Shown in pieces: positions 35,878 through 44,712 of a stretch of 64,000 nt of DNA. A program made the translations under genes and the position numbers. The DNA is from Candidatus Woesearchaeota archaeon (GTDB lineage: Archaea; Nanobdellota; Nanobdellia; Woesearchaeales; JAZDKJ01). How positions within the stretch are numbered: the first letter of the stretch is position 1; each line of letters begins with the position of its first letter. Below the pieces are notes generated by a model that ran no database searches, was not told where the DNA came from, and saw only the letters and a list, made by a program, of their open reading frames with translations. The stretch is taken from positions 364,222-428,221 of the forward strand of contig JAZDKJ010000006.1 of NCBI GenBank assembly GCA_043803105.1, written 5' to 3'.

Positions 35878-36495
35878 ATGAAGAAGCTGGTTGCCTTTGC
35901 CTTTCTCCTTGTCCTTTTGGCCTGCGTTGTGAAAGCTGCAGGAATCTCAGTCACTTATGCCTATATCGAGCTGAACGTGACTAATGAGCCTCCGAGCATT
36001 GTCTCTCTATCTGTTGGAGACCCTGTGGTGTACGAGGACTCGGAAATTGTCTGCAACGCCACGGCTTTAGACAGGGAAAATAATGATATCAATTATCATT
36101 ATTCTTGGTCTATAAACAATCAGCCTGTTGCAGAAACCGGCCGCGTGTTTCATACCGGAGCGTTAAAGCCAGGCGATTCTGTGAGTTGCATTGCTGTTCC
36201 TTTTGACATGTTTGCAAACGGCACTTCTGCTGTTGCCTCAACAACAATCCAAGACATGCCTGTCGCAGTGAGGGCAGTTAAGCAAGGTCTCTCCCTTGTT
36301 GGAGTTGACGCAAAAGCACAAGCAATCTCTGGAGCTACACAAAGAGGCCTGCTCGCCACAACCGGTTTTGTTGCTGGACAGGTTTCTTCAAGCACTGCCG
36401 GCTCTGTTGGTTTGCTCCTTGCCATTGTTGCTTTTCTTGTTTTCCTGAACCTTAACCTTGCCCTAAGGTTGAAAAAGAAGCTTTCTCGGGGTTAG
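35878..36495 (+). CDS. Cell-surface protein with a signal peptide and a C-terminal TM anchor, hypothetical
   Basis: Signal sequence MKKLVAFAFLLVLLACVVKA, an extracellular domain, a Ser/Thr/Ala/Gly-rich linker and a hydrophobic C-terminal anchor (LLLAIVAFLVFL) followed by basic residues. Confidence 0.5.
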   Translation: MKKLVAFAFLLVLLACVVKAAGISVTYAYIELNVTNEPPSIVSLSVGDPVVYEDSEIVCNATALDRENNDINYHYSWSINNQPVAETGRVFHTGALKPGDSVSCIAVPFDMFANGTSAVASTTIQDMPVAVRAVKQGLSLVGVDAKAQAISGATQRGLLATTGFVAGQVSSSTAGSVGLLLAIVAFLVFLNLNLALRLKKKLSRG

Positions 36496-36526
36496 CTTTA
36501 TAACAACAAGCGCACTGCCAAGATTC

Positions 36527-36874
36527 ATGGGTATCGATAATATTGCAAACGAGATTATGAAATCACACTTTACAGTTATTGACCTTGGCAAGGAAACTGA
36601 TATCTCAAAACTCTGGGAAACACTTCTTATCATAGCTGCTTCTAAAAAACCTGTTTATATCCTCAAAGAAGCAGGCTTTGAAGGAGCAATTCCAGGCGGC
36701 TTGCTTATCAAGCGCATGATTACCTATGAGGGTCCCGAAGACTCGGCATCACATAAAGAAGCTAGCAGGCAGCTCGAGTCATGGGCAAGGATAGAGACCA
36801 ATGCAGAACCTATCAGGGAATTGTTTGACCATTTCCCTGCATGCCTGTTGCACAAAAAGCTTATATACCATTAG
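36527..36874 (+). CDS. Hypothetical protein (115 aa)
   Basis: ORF ending in TAG. The same reading frame continues into the next ORF after 4 codons. Confidence 0.35.
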   Translation: MGIDNIANEIMKSHFTVIDLGKETDISKLWETLLIIAASKKPVYILKEAGFEGAIPGGLLIKRMITYEGPEDSASHKEASRQLESWARIETNAEPIRELFDHFPACLLHKKLIYH

Positions 36875-36889
36875 GCTTTTTGTTCTGCC

Positions 36890-37201
36890 ATGGCGATTTC
36901 TTACAAGCAAAGATGCATGCGGTGCAAAAAGAATATGGTCATGGTGACTTCAAGGACTTTTTTCCCAGTCTGTTACGATTGTGAAAAGAATGATTTGCAT
37001 GGTCTGGTCAAGAACCCTAAGATGAAAAAGCTCTTTAATATTCCAGAATCCTTCTATGTAGAGAATACTTTCCTGCGCTCAATAAAGATCAATTACCTGA
37101 AGTTTGGCAGCCTCTCAGAAAAGCAGATTGCAAGCTTCAAGAAGACTGTGGAAGAGTTAAAGAAAAAACCCGTAAGCCTCATACCCCCCAGACAGGGTTA
37201 G
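36890..37201 (+). CDS. Zinc-ribbon protein, hypothetical (103 aa)
   Basis: CMRCKK...CYDCEK zinc-ribbon pattern. Confidence 0.4.
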   Translation: MAISYKQRCMRCKKNMVMVTSRTFFPVCYDCEKNDLHGLVKNPKMKKLFNIPESFYVENTFLRSIKINYLKFGSLSEKQIASFKKTVEELKKKPVSLIPPRQG

Positions 37202-38942
37202 ATTTTCTCATTATTATGGCTATCTCTTTCAAGACCTCAGTCTCTTCACGGCCAAGAAGCTTCCTGTACTCCTTTAGTTTTCGGAAATCATCCTCAGGCA
37301 CCGAGCTGTAAAGTGTGTCTCCTTCTTTTATCTGTCTTCCAACAGTGAGGTGCTCAAGGCTCACCGCAACCTGCTTTCCCCGCTCAGCTTTCTCAAGGTT
37401 TTCCTGCTCTGCTTGTATGCTTTTTATCCTGCTAATCTCCTTGCCTTGCGCGTTCATTACAGGCATTCCTGTTCTTATTGTCCCTGCCTCCACCTCTACT
37501 CCTACTACTGCAGGATTGTTTTGCCTGAAAACATAGCCTTTCATGAGTTTGAATTTTGCCGGCCTGACCACCTTGTCCAGTTCTCCCAGCTCTTGTTTCT
37601 TTGACATCTCCTGTTTCCATGCCTCAAGGTCTTCCAGCAGTTTATAGATTATGTCGTGGACTATCACCTTCACATGGTCCAGGCACAACCCTGATTCGTC
37701 CTTGACATTGAACCCGAGCACCACTGCCATCAGCGGATCTTTTTCATAGTTGCTTTCCGCTTCCATAAGGTCTTTTCTCGTTATCGGCCCAACCCCTGCC
37801 TTTCTTATCTCGACTCCGCCGTCCTTCAGGAGCTTGACCATAGCCTCCATGCTGCCAAGCGTGTCTGCCTTTACTATTATTCCTTCCTTGTTTGTTTCAA
37901 TTAGTGCCTCGCTTATCTCGCGCATTATTTCTCTGCTGGTTTTCTCCAGGTTCTGCTGGCTTGTTGCCCTGATTGGCATTCCTGCTATCGCTGTCTCAAT
38001 GTCCGGTGCAGCAATCTTTACCCCTGTCGCTGCAACTGCTTTTCTGACCTTTGTGTATTTTGCCTTTTTGTCTCGCATCTCTTCAAGTGGCAATGGTTCA
38101 AGAAGAGCCTTAACTTTTGTTATGATGGGTTTCTCTATGCCCCCAATTACTATGATATCATTTACCTTGAGGATCCCATCGTATATGATCACATCGATTG
38201 TTGTACCAAAACCACGTTCCTCCTTCACCTCGAGGATTGTTCCCTTGGCTGGTCCGCTTGCATCAATTTTTAGGTTGGTTTCAAGGTATCTTTGAGCTAG
38301 GCCTGTTAGCATTACGAGGAGTTCTGGTATGCCCTCTCCTGTTTTTGCAGATACTGGGACGATGATTATTTGTTTTGTAAAGTCCTCTACTCTGTCATAT
38401 CTTTCAGAATTAAGGCCGAGCTTGCTTAATTCTCCCAGTATCTGATAGACTCTCTTGTCAAGCTGCTCTTGCACTGAACTGCTCTGCTTGCTTATGTTCT
38501 CCAGCAAATGCTCTGCCTTATGCTGCCAGCCTGCAATTAAGTCTATCTTGTTCGCAGCGACAATAAATGGTGTCTTGCTATGCTTGAGTATCTCTATTGC
38601 CTCGACTGTCTGTGGCTTGAATCCCTCGTTGACATCGATAACCACAATTGCGATGTCAGCTAGGCTGCCTCCTCTCTTTCTTAGGCTTGTGAATGCAGCA
38701 TGCCCTGGAGTGTCAATGAAAAGAAGGCCTGGTATCGTGAATTTTGTGTTGAGCGCTTCCAGCAATGGGCCGCATATCTTCTTTATGACTTCAAGCGGTA
38801 TTATTGAAGCGCCTATTGCCTGTGTTATCCTTCCCGCTTCTGTCTCAACTATGGCAGTGCCCCTGATCTTGTCTAGCAGGCTTGATTTTCCATGGTCCAC
38901 ATGCCCAAGCACTGTGCATATTGGGCTTCTTATCTCTGGCAT
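37179..38942 (-). CDS. infB: Translation initiation factor aIF5B (IF2 homolog)
   Basis: 587 aa with the GTPase motifs GHVDHGKSSLLD, DTPGH and NKID, followed by the IF2 domains. Confidence 0.9.
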   Translation of the reverse strand: MPEIRSPICTVLGHVDHGKSSLLDKIRGTAIVETEAGRITQAIGASIIPLEVIKKICGPLLEALNTKFTIPGLLFIDTPGHAAFTSLRKRGGSLADIAIVVIDVNEGFKPQTVEAIEILKHSKTPFIVAANKIDLIAGWQHKAEHLLENISKQSSSVQEQLDKRVYQILGELSKLGLNSERYDRVEDFTKQIIIVPVSAKTGEGIPELLVMLTGLAQRYLETNLKIDASGPAKGTILEVKEERGFGTTIDVIIYDGILKVNDIIVIGGIEKPIITKVKALLEPLPLEEMRDKKAKYTKVRKAVAATGVKIAAPDIETAIAGMPIRATSQQNLEKTSREIMREISEALIETNKEGIIVKADTLGSMEAMVKLLKDGGVEIRKAGVGPITRKDLMEAESNYEKDPLMAVVLGFNVKDESGLCLDHVKVIVHDIIYKLLEDLEAWKQEMSKKQELGELDKVVRPAKFKLMKGYVFRQNNPAVVGVEVEAGTIRTGMPVMNAQGKEISRIKSIQAEQENLEKAERGKQVAVSLEHLTVGRQIKEGDTLYSSVPEDDFRKLKEYRKLLGREETEVLKEIAIIMRKSNPVWGV

Positions 38943-39188
38943 ATTCTCTGCATATTTTGGGCTGTATTTAAAGGTTTTCAGGATACAAGGAAAGTTAGGA
39001 TTTCATGTCCTTTTGTAATTTCTTCAGAAGGCAATCCACACCTTGTAATATATTATCTTCTTGAGGTTTTCAATATCGATAAATTTTGCGCCCGGTCAGG
39101 GATTTTCACTTGATGAGATTTGAACTGTCAGAAATTCACTGAATTTCTGAGCATGCTCGGAAACATAGTTTCCGACACCTGGAGACCT

Positions 39189-39250
39189 GTGATGGTCAAT
39201 TGCTTTTCAGGCAACCGCGATACCCGATTACGCTAGCCCGGCCTCGCACA
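39189..39250 (+). repeat. Repeat unit U1 of the tyrS-flanking repeat family
   Basis: GTGATGGTCAATTGCTTTTCAGGCAACCGCGA... parallels U3 at 41121 (GTGATAGTTGCTTCAGGCAACCGAGCGA). The flanking GATTACGC(T/G)AGCCC motif recurs at 39376. Confidence 0.35.
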
Positions 39251-39453
39251 TTTCTAAATTGACCTGAACCTTAATATGTTCAATTGAGAATTTTCCGTAA
39301 GTTCTGCGACAAAACCGAGCAAAATCTTATATACCAGAATGCTTACAAACTTTATGACCTGCGATTTAATTACCTGATTACGCGAGCCCTTTTTATATAG
39401 TATTTTCTGTAGATTTGACCAATGGCTCAAGTAGCCTTGGCCAGAAATAAAAT

Positions 39454-39655
39454 GGGGCTGCTGGGATTTCCATGCTTCTAGGACGGTCTTTTGGCATCAG
39501 CCAAAAGCCTTTTCCCAGGTTTTTGCATATTGCAAAAAGCTGTTTGGACCCAGATTAGGAGGTTTTCCGCTGAAAACCTTAGGTCAAATGCCCCGAACCT
39601 CCAGTGATAGTTTCTCGAAGAGTTTCTCTCTTCTCCAAGTTACACTACAGCCCCA
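39454..39655 (+). repeat. About 200-nt highly structured element with tRNA-Pro-like termini (GGGGCTGC... / ...CACTACAGCCCCA); candidate ncRNA or disrupted tRNA-Pro-derived element
   Basis: Starts GGGGCTGCTGGG, like the tRNA-Pro 5' end, and ends CAGCCCCA, like the tRNA-Pro 3' end. Internal perfect hairpins include TTTTGGC-ATCA-GCCAAAA, TTTTTGCA-TAT-TGCAAAAA and AGGTTTTC-CGCT-GAAAACCT, with an outer CTGGGA...TCCCAG stem. The 3' part carries repeat unit U2 (GTGATAGTT...CCAAGTTACACTACAGCCCCA). Confidence 0.4.
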
Positions 39656-39855
39656 TAGGTTGAACTGGAAAGCCACACTGTTGTATGACCTTCCTATAAC
39701 TGCTAAACAGCAGGGTGTTAAAAAGGTTGCGATGGAACGTAACGATGTGATATATTAGAATTTTATGTGCCTCTTACCCTTCAGCAATGTGCAGATTCTG
39801 CTAATTAAATTTATATATAAAGAACTGTTTTATTGTTGCAATCGCTTGCATCACT

Positions 39856-40989
39856 ATGGATAACAGAGCAAAATTTGAACTTATAACGAGAAATTTAGAA
39901 GAAGTACTAACACCTGCAGATTTAATGAAACTCATTGAAAATGATGAGCCTTTAAAGCATTATATTGGTTTTGAAATAAGTGGTAAGGTGCATCTTGGAA
40001 CTGGACTTATGTGTATGTCCAAAATTAAAGACTTCATGGATGCAGGTGCGGATGTTTCTGTGTTTCTTGCTGACTGGCATAGTTGGATTAATGATAAACT
40101 TGGTGGAGACAGAGAAGTTATCAAAAAAATTGCCGTCGGATATTTCAAAGAAGCGATGAAGGCTAGCCTTCTTTGTCTTGGTGGTAATCCTGAAAAAATA
40201 AGATTTGTACTTGGTACAGAACTTTATCACAATAATGACGATTATTGGGCAACCATGATTGATGTAAGTAAAAATACGACTCTAGGCAGGATGACTCGGA
40301 GCATTACAATCCTTGGAAGAAAAGAAGGGGAGGGAGTTGATTTTGCAAAATTGATCTATCCTGCAATGCAGGTTTCAGATATTTTTGTTCAGAAATTGAA
40401 CATACCTCATGCAGGAATTGATCAAAGGAAAGCGCAAGTTATTGCAAGAGAAGTTGCTTTAAAAATGAAAGTAAGTCAAATTACTGATAAAGAGGGTAAT
40501 AAAATTAAACCCGTTGCCCTGCATCATCATCTGTTACTAGGTCTTGGCAAACCCCCGGTATGGCCTGTTCCTCAAGATAAATTACAGGATTTATGGTCAT
40601 CAATGAAGATGAGCAAGTCCAAGCCGGACACTTGTGTTTTTGTTCACGATAGTCCTGATGAAATTAAAAGAAAGATTGCAAAGGCATTCTGCCCTGAAGG
40701 TGAAACTGTGTTCAATCCAGTACTTGATTGGGCTAAATATTTATTGTTCAGAGAGACGACTGATGAACTTATAGTAAAAAGGCCTGAAAAATTCGGTGGA
40801 ACTGTTATATATACAACTTACGAAAAACTTGAAAAAGATTTTGCAGACAAAAAAGTTCATCCAATGGACCTTAAAGATTCAGTTGCTGAAAGTTTAATTA
40901 AACTACTTGAACCTGCAAGAATCCATTTTGAAAAACCTGAAATCAAAAAGACGTTGGATCAGCTTAACAAGCTCATAACCACAAGGTGA
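39856..40989 (+). CDS. tyrS: Tyrosyl-tRNA synthetase (archaeal type)
   Basis: 377 aa with a HIGH-like region (GKVHLGTG) and a KMSKS motif (KMSKSKP). The overall pattern is archaeal TyrRS. Confidence 0.9.
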   Translation: MDNRAKFELITRNLEEVLTPADLMKLIENDEPLKHYIGFEISGKVHLGTGLMCMSKIKDFMDAGADVSVFLADWHSWINDKLGGDREVIKKIAVGYFKEAMKASLLCLGGNPEKIRFVLGTELYHNNDDYWATMIDVSKNTTLGRMTRSITILGRKEGEGVDFAKLIYPAMQVSDIFVQKLNIPHAGIDQRKAQVIAREVALKMKVSQITDKEGNKIKPVALHHHLLLGLGKPPVWPVPQDKLQDLWSSMKMSKSKPDTCVFVHDSPDEIKRKIAKAFCPEGETVFNPVLDWAKYLLFRETTDELIVKRPEKFGGTVIYTTYEKLEKDFADKKVHPMDLKDSVAESLIKLLEPARIHFEKPEIKKTLDQLNKLITTR

Positions 40990-41120
40990 TTTTATTCCTT
41001 TTTGTATGTTTATTCTAGATAGTTAATATTAGAATACAAAATTTCAGGATTAGCCTAAAATGTTTTATGCTTCTTTTCGAATTCCGGTCGGACGCATTCT
41101 GGTTTCATCCTCAAGCGTAA

Positions 41121-41184
41121 GTGATAGTTGCTTCAGGCAACCGAGCGAACTGGTTGGCGCTGGCCAAGTTACACTACAGCCCCG
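41121..41184 (+). repeat. Repeat unit U3 (GTGATAGTT ... CCAAGTTACACTACAGCCCCG)
   Basis: Shares a 20-nt identical 3' block, CCAAGTTACACTACAGCCCC, with 39636-39654, and shares the 5' GTGATRGT...TTGCTT(TT)CAGGCAACCG module with U1. Confidence 0.4.
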
Positions 41185-41220
41185 TTGATTGTTATTGTTT
41201 CGCGAAGCTCACAAGAAACC

Positions 41221-41331
41221 TGATAGTTTCTTGGGAGTCCCAAAAAACTTCAAGTTTTTTGTGACGAAAGGCGACTGAAAGGAGTGTAAAGGTGCCAGCT
41301 GACTTCTCAGCTGAGTAGCACTACAGCCCCA
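41221..41331 (+). repeat. Repeat unit U4 (TGATAGTTTCT ... hairpin ... GAGTAGCACTACAGCCCCA)
   Basis: Begins TGATAGTTTCT as U2 does. It contains a CAGCTGA-CTTC-TCAGCTG hairpin, related to the tRNA-leader hairpin family, followed by GAGTAGC as in the tRNA-Tyr 5' region. It ends CACTACAGCCCCA. Confidence 0.4.
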
Positions 41332-41374
41332 ATTACTCAAACCAATTCGGTCGATTGCTTAAAAAATTTGTGCT

Positions 41375-41920
41375 TTGCCAAGCTTTTTAAGGGTTTTAGA
41401 TACTCCGTCCTGCATGGAGAGGGCACCACAGCAAAAACCTAGCCGTGAGTTGTTGATAGAAAAATTCCTCCAGGACAACCAGTTTAATCTCGAAGATGTG
41501 ATATCCAAGGACGAGATTTTCCAAAGCGCGAATGACCTTGCTTCAGCTATATACAAGAAGAGACCATCATACATAACCTTCAAGGATTATAATTTAGGTA
41601 TAACAAGCAGGTTTCCACAGACACCAGAATTTGAGGTCATGATGCTTTACCAGGTCCACGAGACTGCTTTGAAGTTCAAGCAGCAAGGATACAACGAACT
41701 TAGCTGGAACCAGCTTAAATCAGCATACCTAAAAGTCCACTTACAATCAAGGCATGACGCTGCTGGACGCCATGCCAGGTACAACTCACATTTTCCAAAA
41801 GCCCCAAAAGAGTTTGTTAGAGGCAAACATCCTGTGCACAGCATGCTGCTTACCTTGGACAGCATGGCTGTAGATATACTCCTCCATTATGCCACTTTGC
41901 GAATATACAAGAAAAGATAG
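41375..41920 (+). CDS. Hypothetical protein (181 aa; start may be the internal MERAPQQ)
   Basis: ORF only. Confidence 0.4.
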   Translation: MPSFLRVLDTPSCMERAPQQKPSRELLIEKFLQDNQFNLEDVISKDEIFQSANDLASAIYKKRPSYITFKDYNLGITSRFPQTPEFEVMMLYQVHETALKFKQQGYNELSWNQLKSAYLKVHLQSRHDAAGRHARYNSHFPKAPKEFVRGKHPVHSMLLTLDSMAVDILLHYATLRIYKKR

Positions 41921-41926
41921 AAAATA

Positions 41927-42529
41927 TTGGTCTGGCAGAAAATATTAAATAGTTGCGTTTCAGGTTCATTGTTTATGGACAAGCTGGAACAGGCAGGTTT
42001 CTTCCAGGCAGCGCTTATCAATCTATTGCTTGGAAACTTTATACTTGGCGGGCTTCTGGCGTCGATTTTCTTTCTTTTCTTTGAAGCTATTATTGTGCAA
42101 TTTATTTGTATAGCATTAGTTGGCTTATACAGTGGTTGGCTGACAATCTCTGTGATGGCCGGCTTTGAAATGAACTCAAGCCAAAAAGTCCTTGCAGGAG
42201 CGCTTTGCCCTATTCCTGTTGTTTGCCTGTTATTTGTCGAGCAATTCATTTTCAGCAGGCTTGGAGCACAGCTTCAGATGCTTGGAGCCCCTGTGCAGAG
42301 CACTGCTGCATCAATTTCGAATATTTTTGGCCATCCCTCTCTGCAGGTCACCATTATCTTCATTTCTGTCTACTATCTTGCATTCAATTTCTTTGCGATA
42401 CGGGAGATTGACCGAGCAAAACAATTCAGTTCTTTAGGTTGGTACTCATTCGGCTTGATTTTGTTGACATTGATTGTTCTATTAGCAAGGTTCCTGGCTG
42501 CATCAGTCACCGGTGCCAAAGTGTCCTGA
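41927..42529 (+). CDS. Integral membrane protein, hypothetical
   Basis: 200 aa with 5-6 hydrophobic helices. Confidence 0.45.
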   Translation: MVWQKILNSCVSGSLFMDKLEQAGFFQAALINLLLGNFILGGLLASIFFLFFEAIIVQFICIALVGLYSGWLTISVMAGFEMNSSQKVLAGALCPIPVVCLLFVEQFIFSRLGAQLQMLGAPVQSTAASISNIFGHPSLQVTIIFISVYYLAFNFFAIREIDRAKQFSSLGWYSFGLILLTLIVLLARFLAASVTGAKVS

Positions 42530-42569
42530 TTTGGCAACTTTTATATATTGAAGTTTGTGATAATGTGTT

Positions 42570-43121
42570 GTGCCAAGAAAAAAGAGGGTTGTTCAGCATA
42601 ATGTGCTTGAGTACCTATACATGATGATATTTATTGCCTCTGTTGCGCTGGTGGTATTTATCCTTTTTTCTGGAGGTCTTAGAGCAAAGTCAGAGGAGCT
42701 TCGCAGGCTTAAGGTGATTGATGATTTCAAGACCTCGCTTAACCTTGAGAGGCAGGCTTGCGGTTATAAGTGCGACACAGCCTGGTCTTCTGGCTGCGAA
42801 GAAGATTCTGTTGCCCAGTTCTGTTTAATTTCAGTAGAGCTCGATGTTGAGCACAATGGAAAGTTTGACTACAGTGAAAATATTATCCCGGGAACAGGCG
42901 TTTGCGAAGACAAGGTCTTTTGCTCCCAGCTTGTCAGTTGCGATTGTGTCCAAGGGATGAGAGAATGCATTGATTTCCTGTGCCATTACTGGAAGGAGAG
43001 AGACATGGACGGTTCCAAGGCATTGAACATGAACCTTGTTCCTGGCTCATGCGATTACCTTAACGAGCCTTTGCATTGGTACAATCAATTGAGAACCTCT
43101 GAAGGCTTGGCCTGCAGTTAA
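42570..43121 (+). CDS. Membrane-anchored Cys-rich extracytoplasmic protein, hypothetical
   Basis: One N-terminal TM helix, followed by a domain with about 14 Cys residues. Confidence 0.45.
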   Translation: MPRKKRVVQHNVLEYLYMMIFIASVALVVFILFSGGLRAKSEELRRLKVIDDFKTSLNLERQACGYKCDTAWSSGCEEDSVAQFCLISVELDVEHNGKFDYSENIIPGTGVCEDKVFCSQLVSCDCVQGMRECIDFLCHYWKERDMDGSKALNMNLVPGSCDYLNEPLHWYNQLRTSEGLACS

Positions 43122-43456
43122 CGCTTCTGTTCCCTTAAGAGCCGCACAGTGTCCCTTAGTGCTGCAGTAAGTTCGTCTTTTCCACTGGATTTATCGAACA
43201 CAACTGACTCTCTCATCTCTCTGATGATATCATTTCTTGCTGCCCTGATGGCATTTACTGCTTCTCCCTGCTGCCCTGTCTGCTGGAGTATGTTCGTAAC
43301 CTTCTCTTCAAAATCCTTCAGCGCCTTGAAGATGTAGCTGTGCTGGCTATGTATCAGCTGGTGAGTGCTATTTAGGTCAAGCTTGTCTATCTTGTGGTGC
43401 AATGCCTCTATGCTTCTAGAGAGGTTTGCGATTTGTTCCTCAACCGCTAATGGCAT
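43118..43456 (-). CDS. Coiled-coil protein, hypothetical (112 aa)
   Basis: Helical heptad pattern with no recognisable motif. Confidence 0.4.
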   Translation of the reverse strand: MPLAVEEQIANLSRSIEALHHKIDKLDLNSTHQLIHSQHSYIFKALKDFEEKVTNILQQTGQQGEAVNAIRAARNDIIREMRESVVFDKSSGKDELTAALRDTVRLLREQKR

Positions 43457-43503
43457 GTGCGCTCCTCCTGTTTGCGCTTATATAAACTTTTGTAATCACT
43501 TCT

Positions 43504-44031
43504 CTAAGGTATTCTTCTCAATTGCCTGACAAGGTAATTTTGCGAGTCATCAGGCAGCTTATGTCTTGCCTCTTCCTGCACAATTGGCTTTGCCTCTTCT
43601 TTTTTGGCGAACGGATTCTCTGCCAAGGGCTTGAGGATAAGTTCTACAGTTGACATTTCCTCTTCGCTTAGCTGTTTCGTCTTCCACTCAAGGTTAAGGC
43701 CGTCGTTCTCCATCCTTGGTATTATCTGGATCGTGAAATGTGCGTACATTTGTCCAGCAGCAACTCCATTGTTGACAAGGATATTTGTGCCGTGCATGCC
43801 CAGGCTTTCGAACACTGAGGTTGATATCTTGTTTGCCATAACAAAGAGTTTTTCGAGCTCGTCGTCCGGCACCTGTTCGAGTATTGTATAATGCTTTTTC
43901 GGGAAGAGAAGTACCTGGCCTGGAGTGCTCGGTTTGTCATGGAGCACCGCCTTCATCATGTCATCTTCATAGACAGTGAATTCTGCCCTGCCCAAGGCAA
44001 GGTTGCATATTGTACAATCTTCTTTGTTCAT
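43504..44031 (-). CDS. HIT-superfamily protein with a non-canonical triad (H-F-T-I-Q)
   Basis: Hint-like N-terminus (CTICNL...VYEDD...FPKKH) and NGVAAGQMYAHFTIQIIPR, where the second and third histidines of the HxHxHxx motif are replaced. Confidence 0.6.
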   Translation of the reverse strand: MNKEDCTICNLALGRAEFTVYEDDMMKAVLHDKPSTPGQVLLFPKKHYTILEQVPDDELEKLFVMANKISTSVFESLGMHGTNILVNNGVAAGQMYAHFTIQIIPRMENDGLNLEWKTKQLSEEEMSTVELILKPLAENPFAKKEEAKPIVQEEARHKLPDDSQNYLVRQLRRIP

Positions 44032-44657
44032 TTGAATAGTCTGCTTATTGAGTCAAGGTCTGTTTGCCCGGCATCTGTTTTAGCAGGTTTTTCTGCAGGT
44101 TTTTTCTCTTCTACATGGCTCGTTTCTCTTTTTGCAGGCAGTTCCTCAGTTACCATATCCTTCACTCCCAAGATTTCATAGAGCCGCTTCTTTATCCTTT
44201 TCTGCACTTCATGCATGTCGTTTGCAGTCATCTGCTTTGCGGGAAGCTTGAACTCGATTCCATCGTCTGCCATTCTCGGTATGACATGCATCATGAAGTG
44301 CTGCGCCTTCTGGCCTGCCACTAATCCGTTGGCAATAAATACTGTGGTTCCTCCTGCCTTAAGGCCTTTCAAGATTGCGTTTGACAATCCCTTGGCTACT
44401 CTGGAGAGTTTTCCAGTAGTCTTGTCTGGGATCAAGGGCATTATTGCGTAATGCTCGTTTGGTAATAGCAAGATGTGTCCAGGATTTGCAGGATTGATGT
44501 CAAGGACTGCAGTGCAGTCATCGTCTGAGAAAAGCTTTCTTGATTGTACCTTGCTGGAAATTATTTGGCAGAAAATGCATTGCTTTTTTTGGAACTCCTT
44601 GAGCTCTTCTGGAGACATGTTCTTGATTTTTTCCTCATACTCCTGCTGCGGGTCCAT
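44028..44657 (-). CDS. HIT-superfamily protein (H-F-M-M-H variant)
   Basis: CIFCQIIS...LPNEHY...NGLVAGQKAQHFMMHVIPR. The start is set at MDPQQ (44657); the ORF-track N-terminal 123 aa is low-complexity and rejected. Confidence 0.6.
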   Translation of the reverse strand: MDPQQEYEEKIKNMSPEELKEFQKKQCIFCQIISSKVQSRKLFSDDDCTAVLDINPANPGHILLLPNEHYAIMPLIPDKTTGKLSRVAKGLSNAILKGLKAGGTTVFIANGLVAGQKAQHFMMHVIPRMADDGIEFKLPAKQMTANDMHEVQKRIKKRLYEILGVKDMVTEELPAKRETSHVEEKKPAEKPAKTDAGQTDLDSISRLFK

Positions 44658-44712
44658 TATTCTTTTGTCTTCCGAAGAAACTATAAAAATGTTTCCAGAA
44701 AGAATTAAATAG

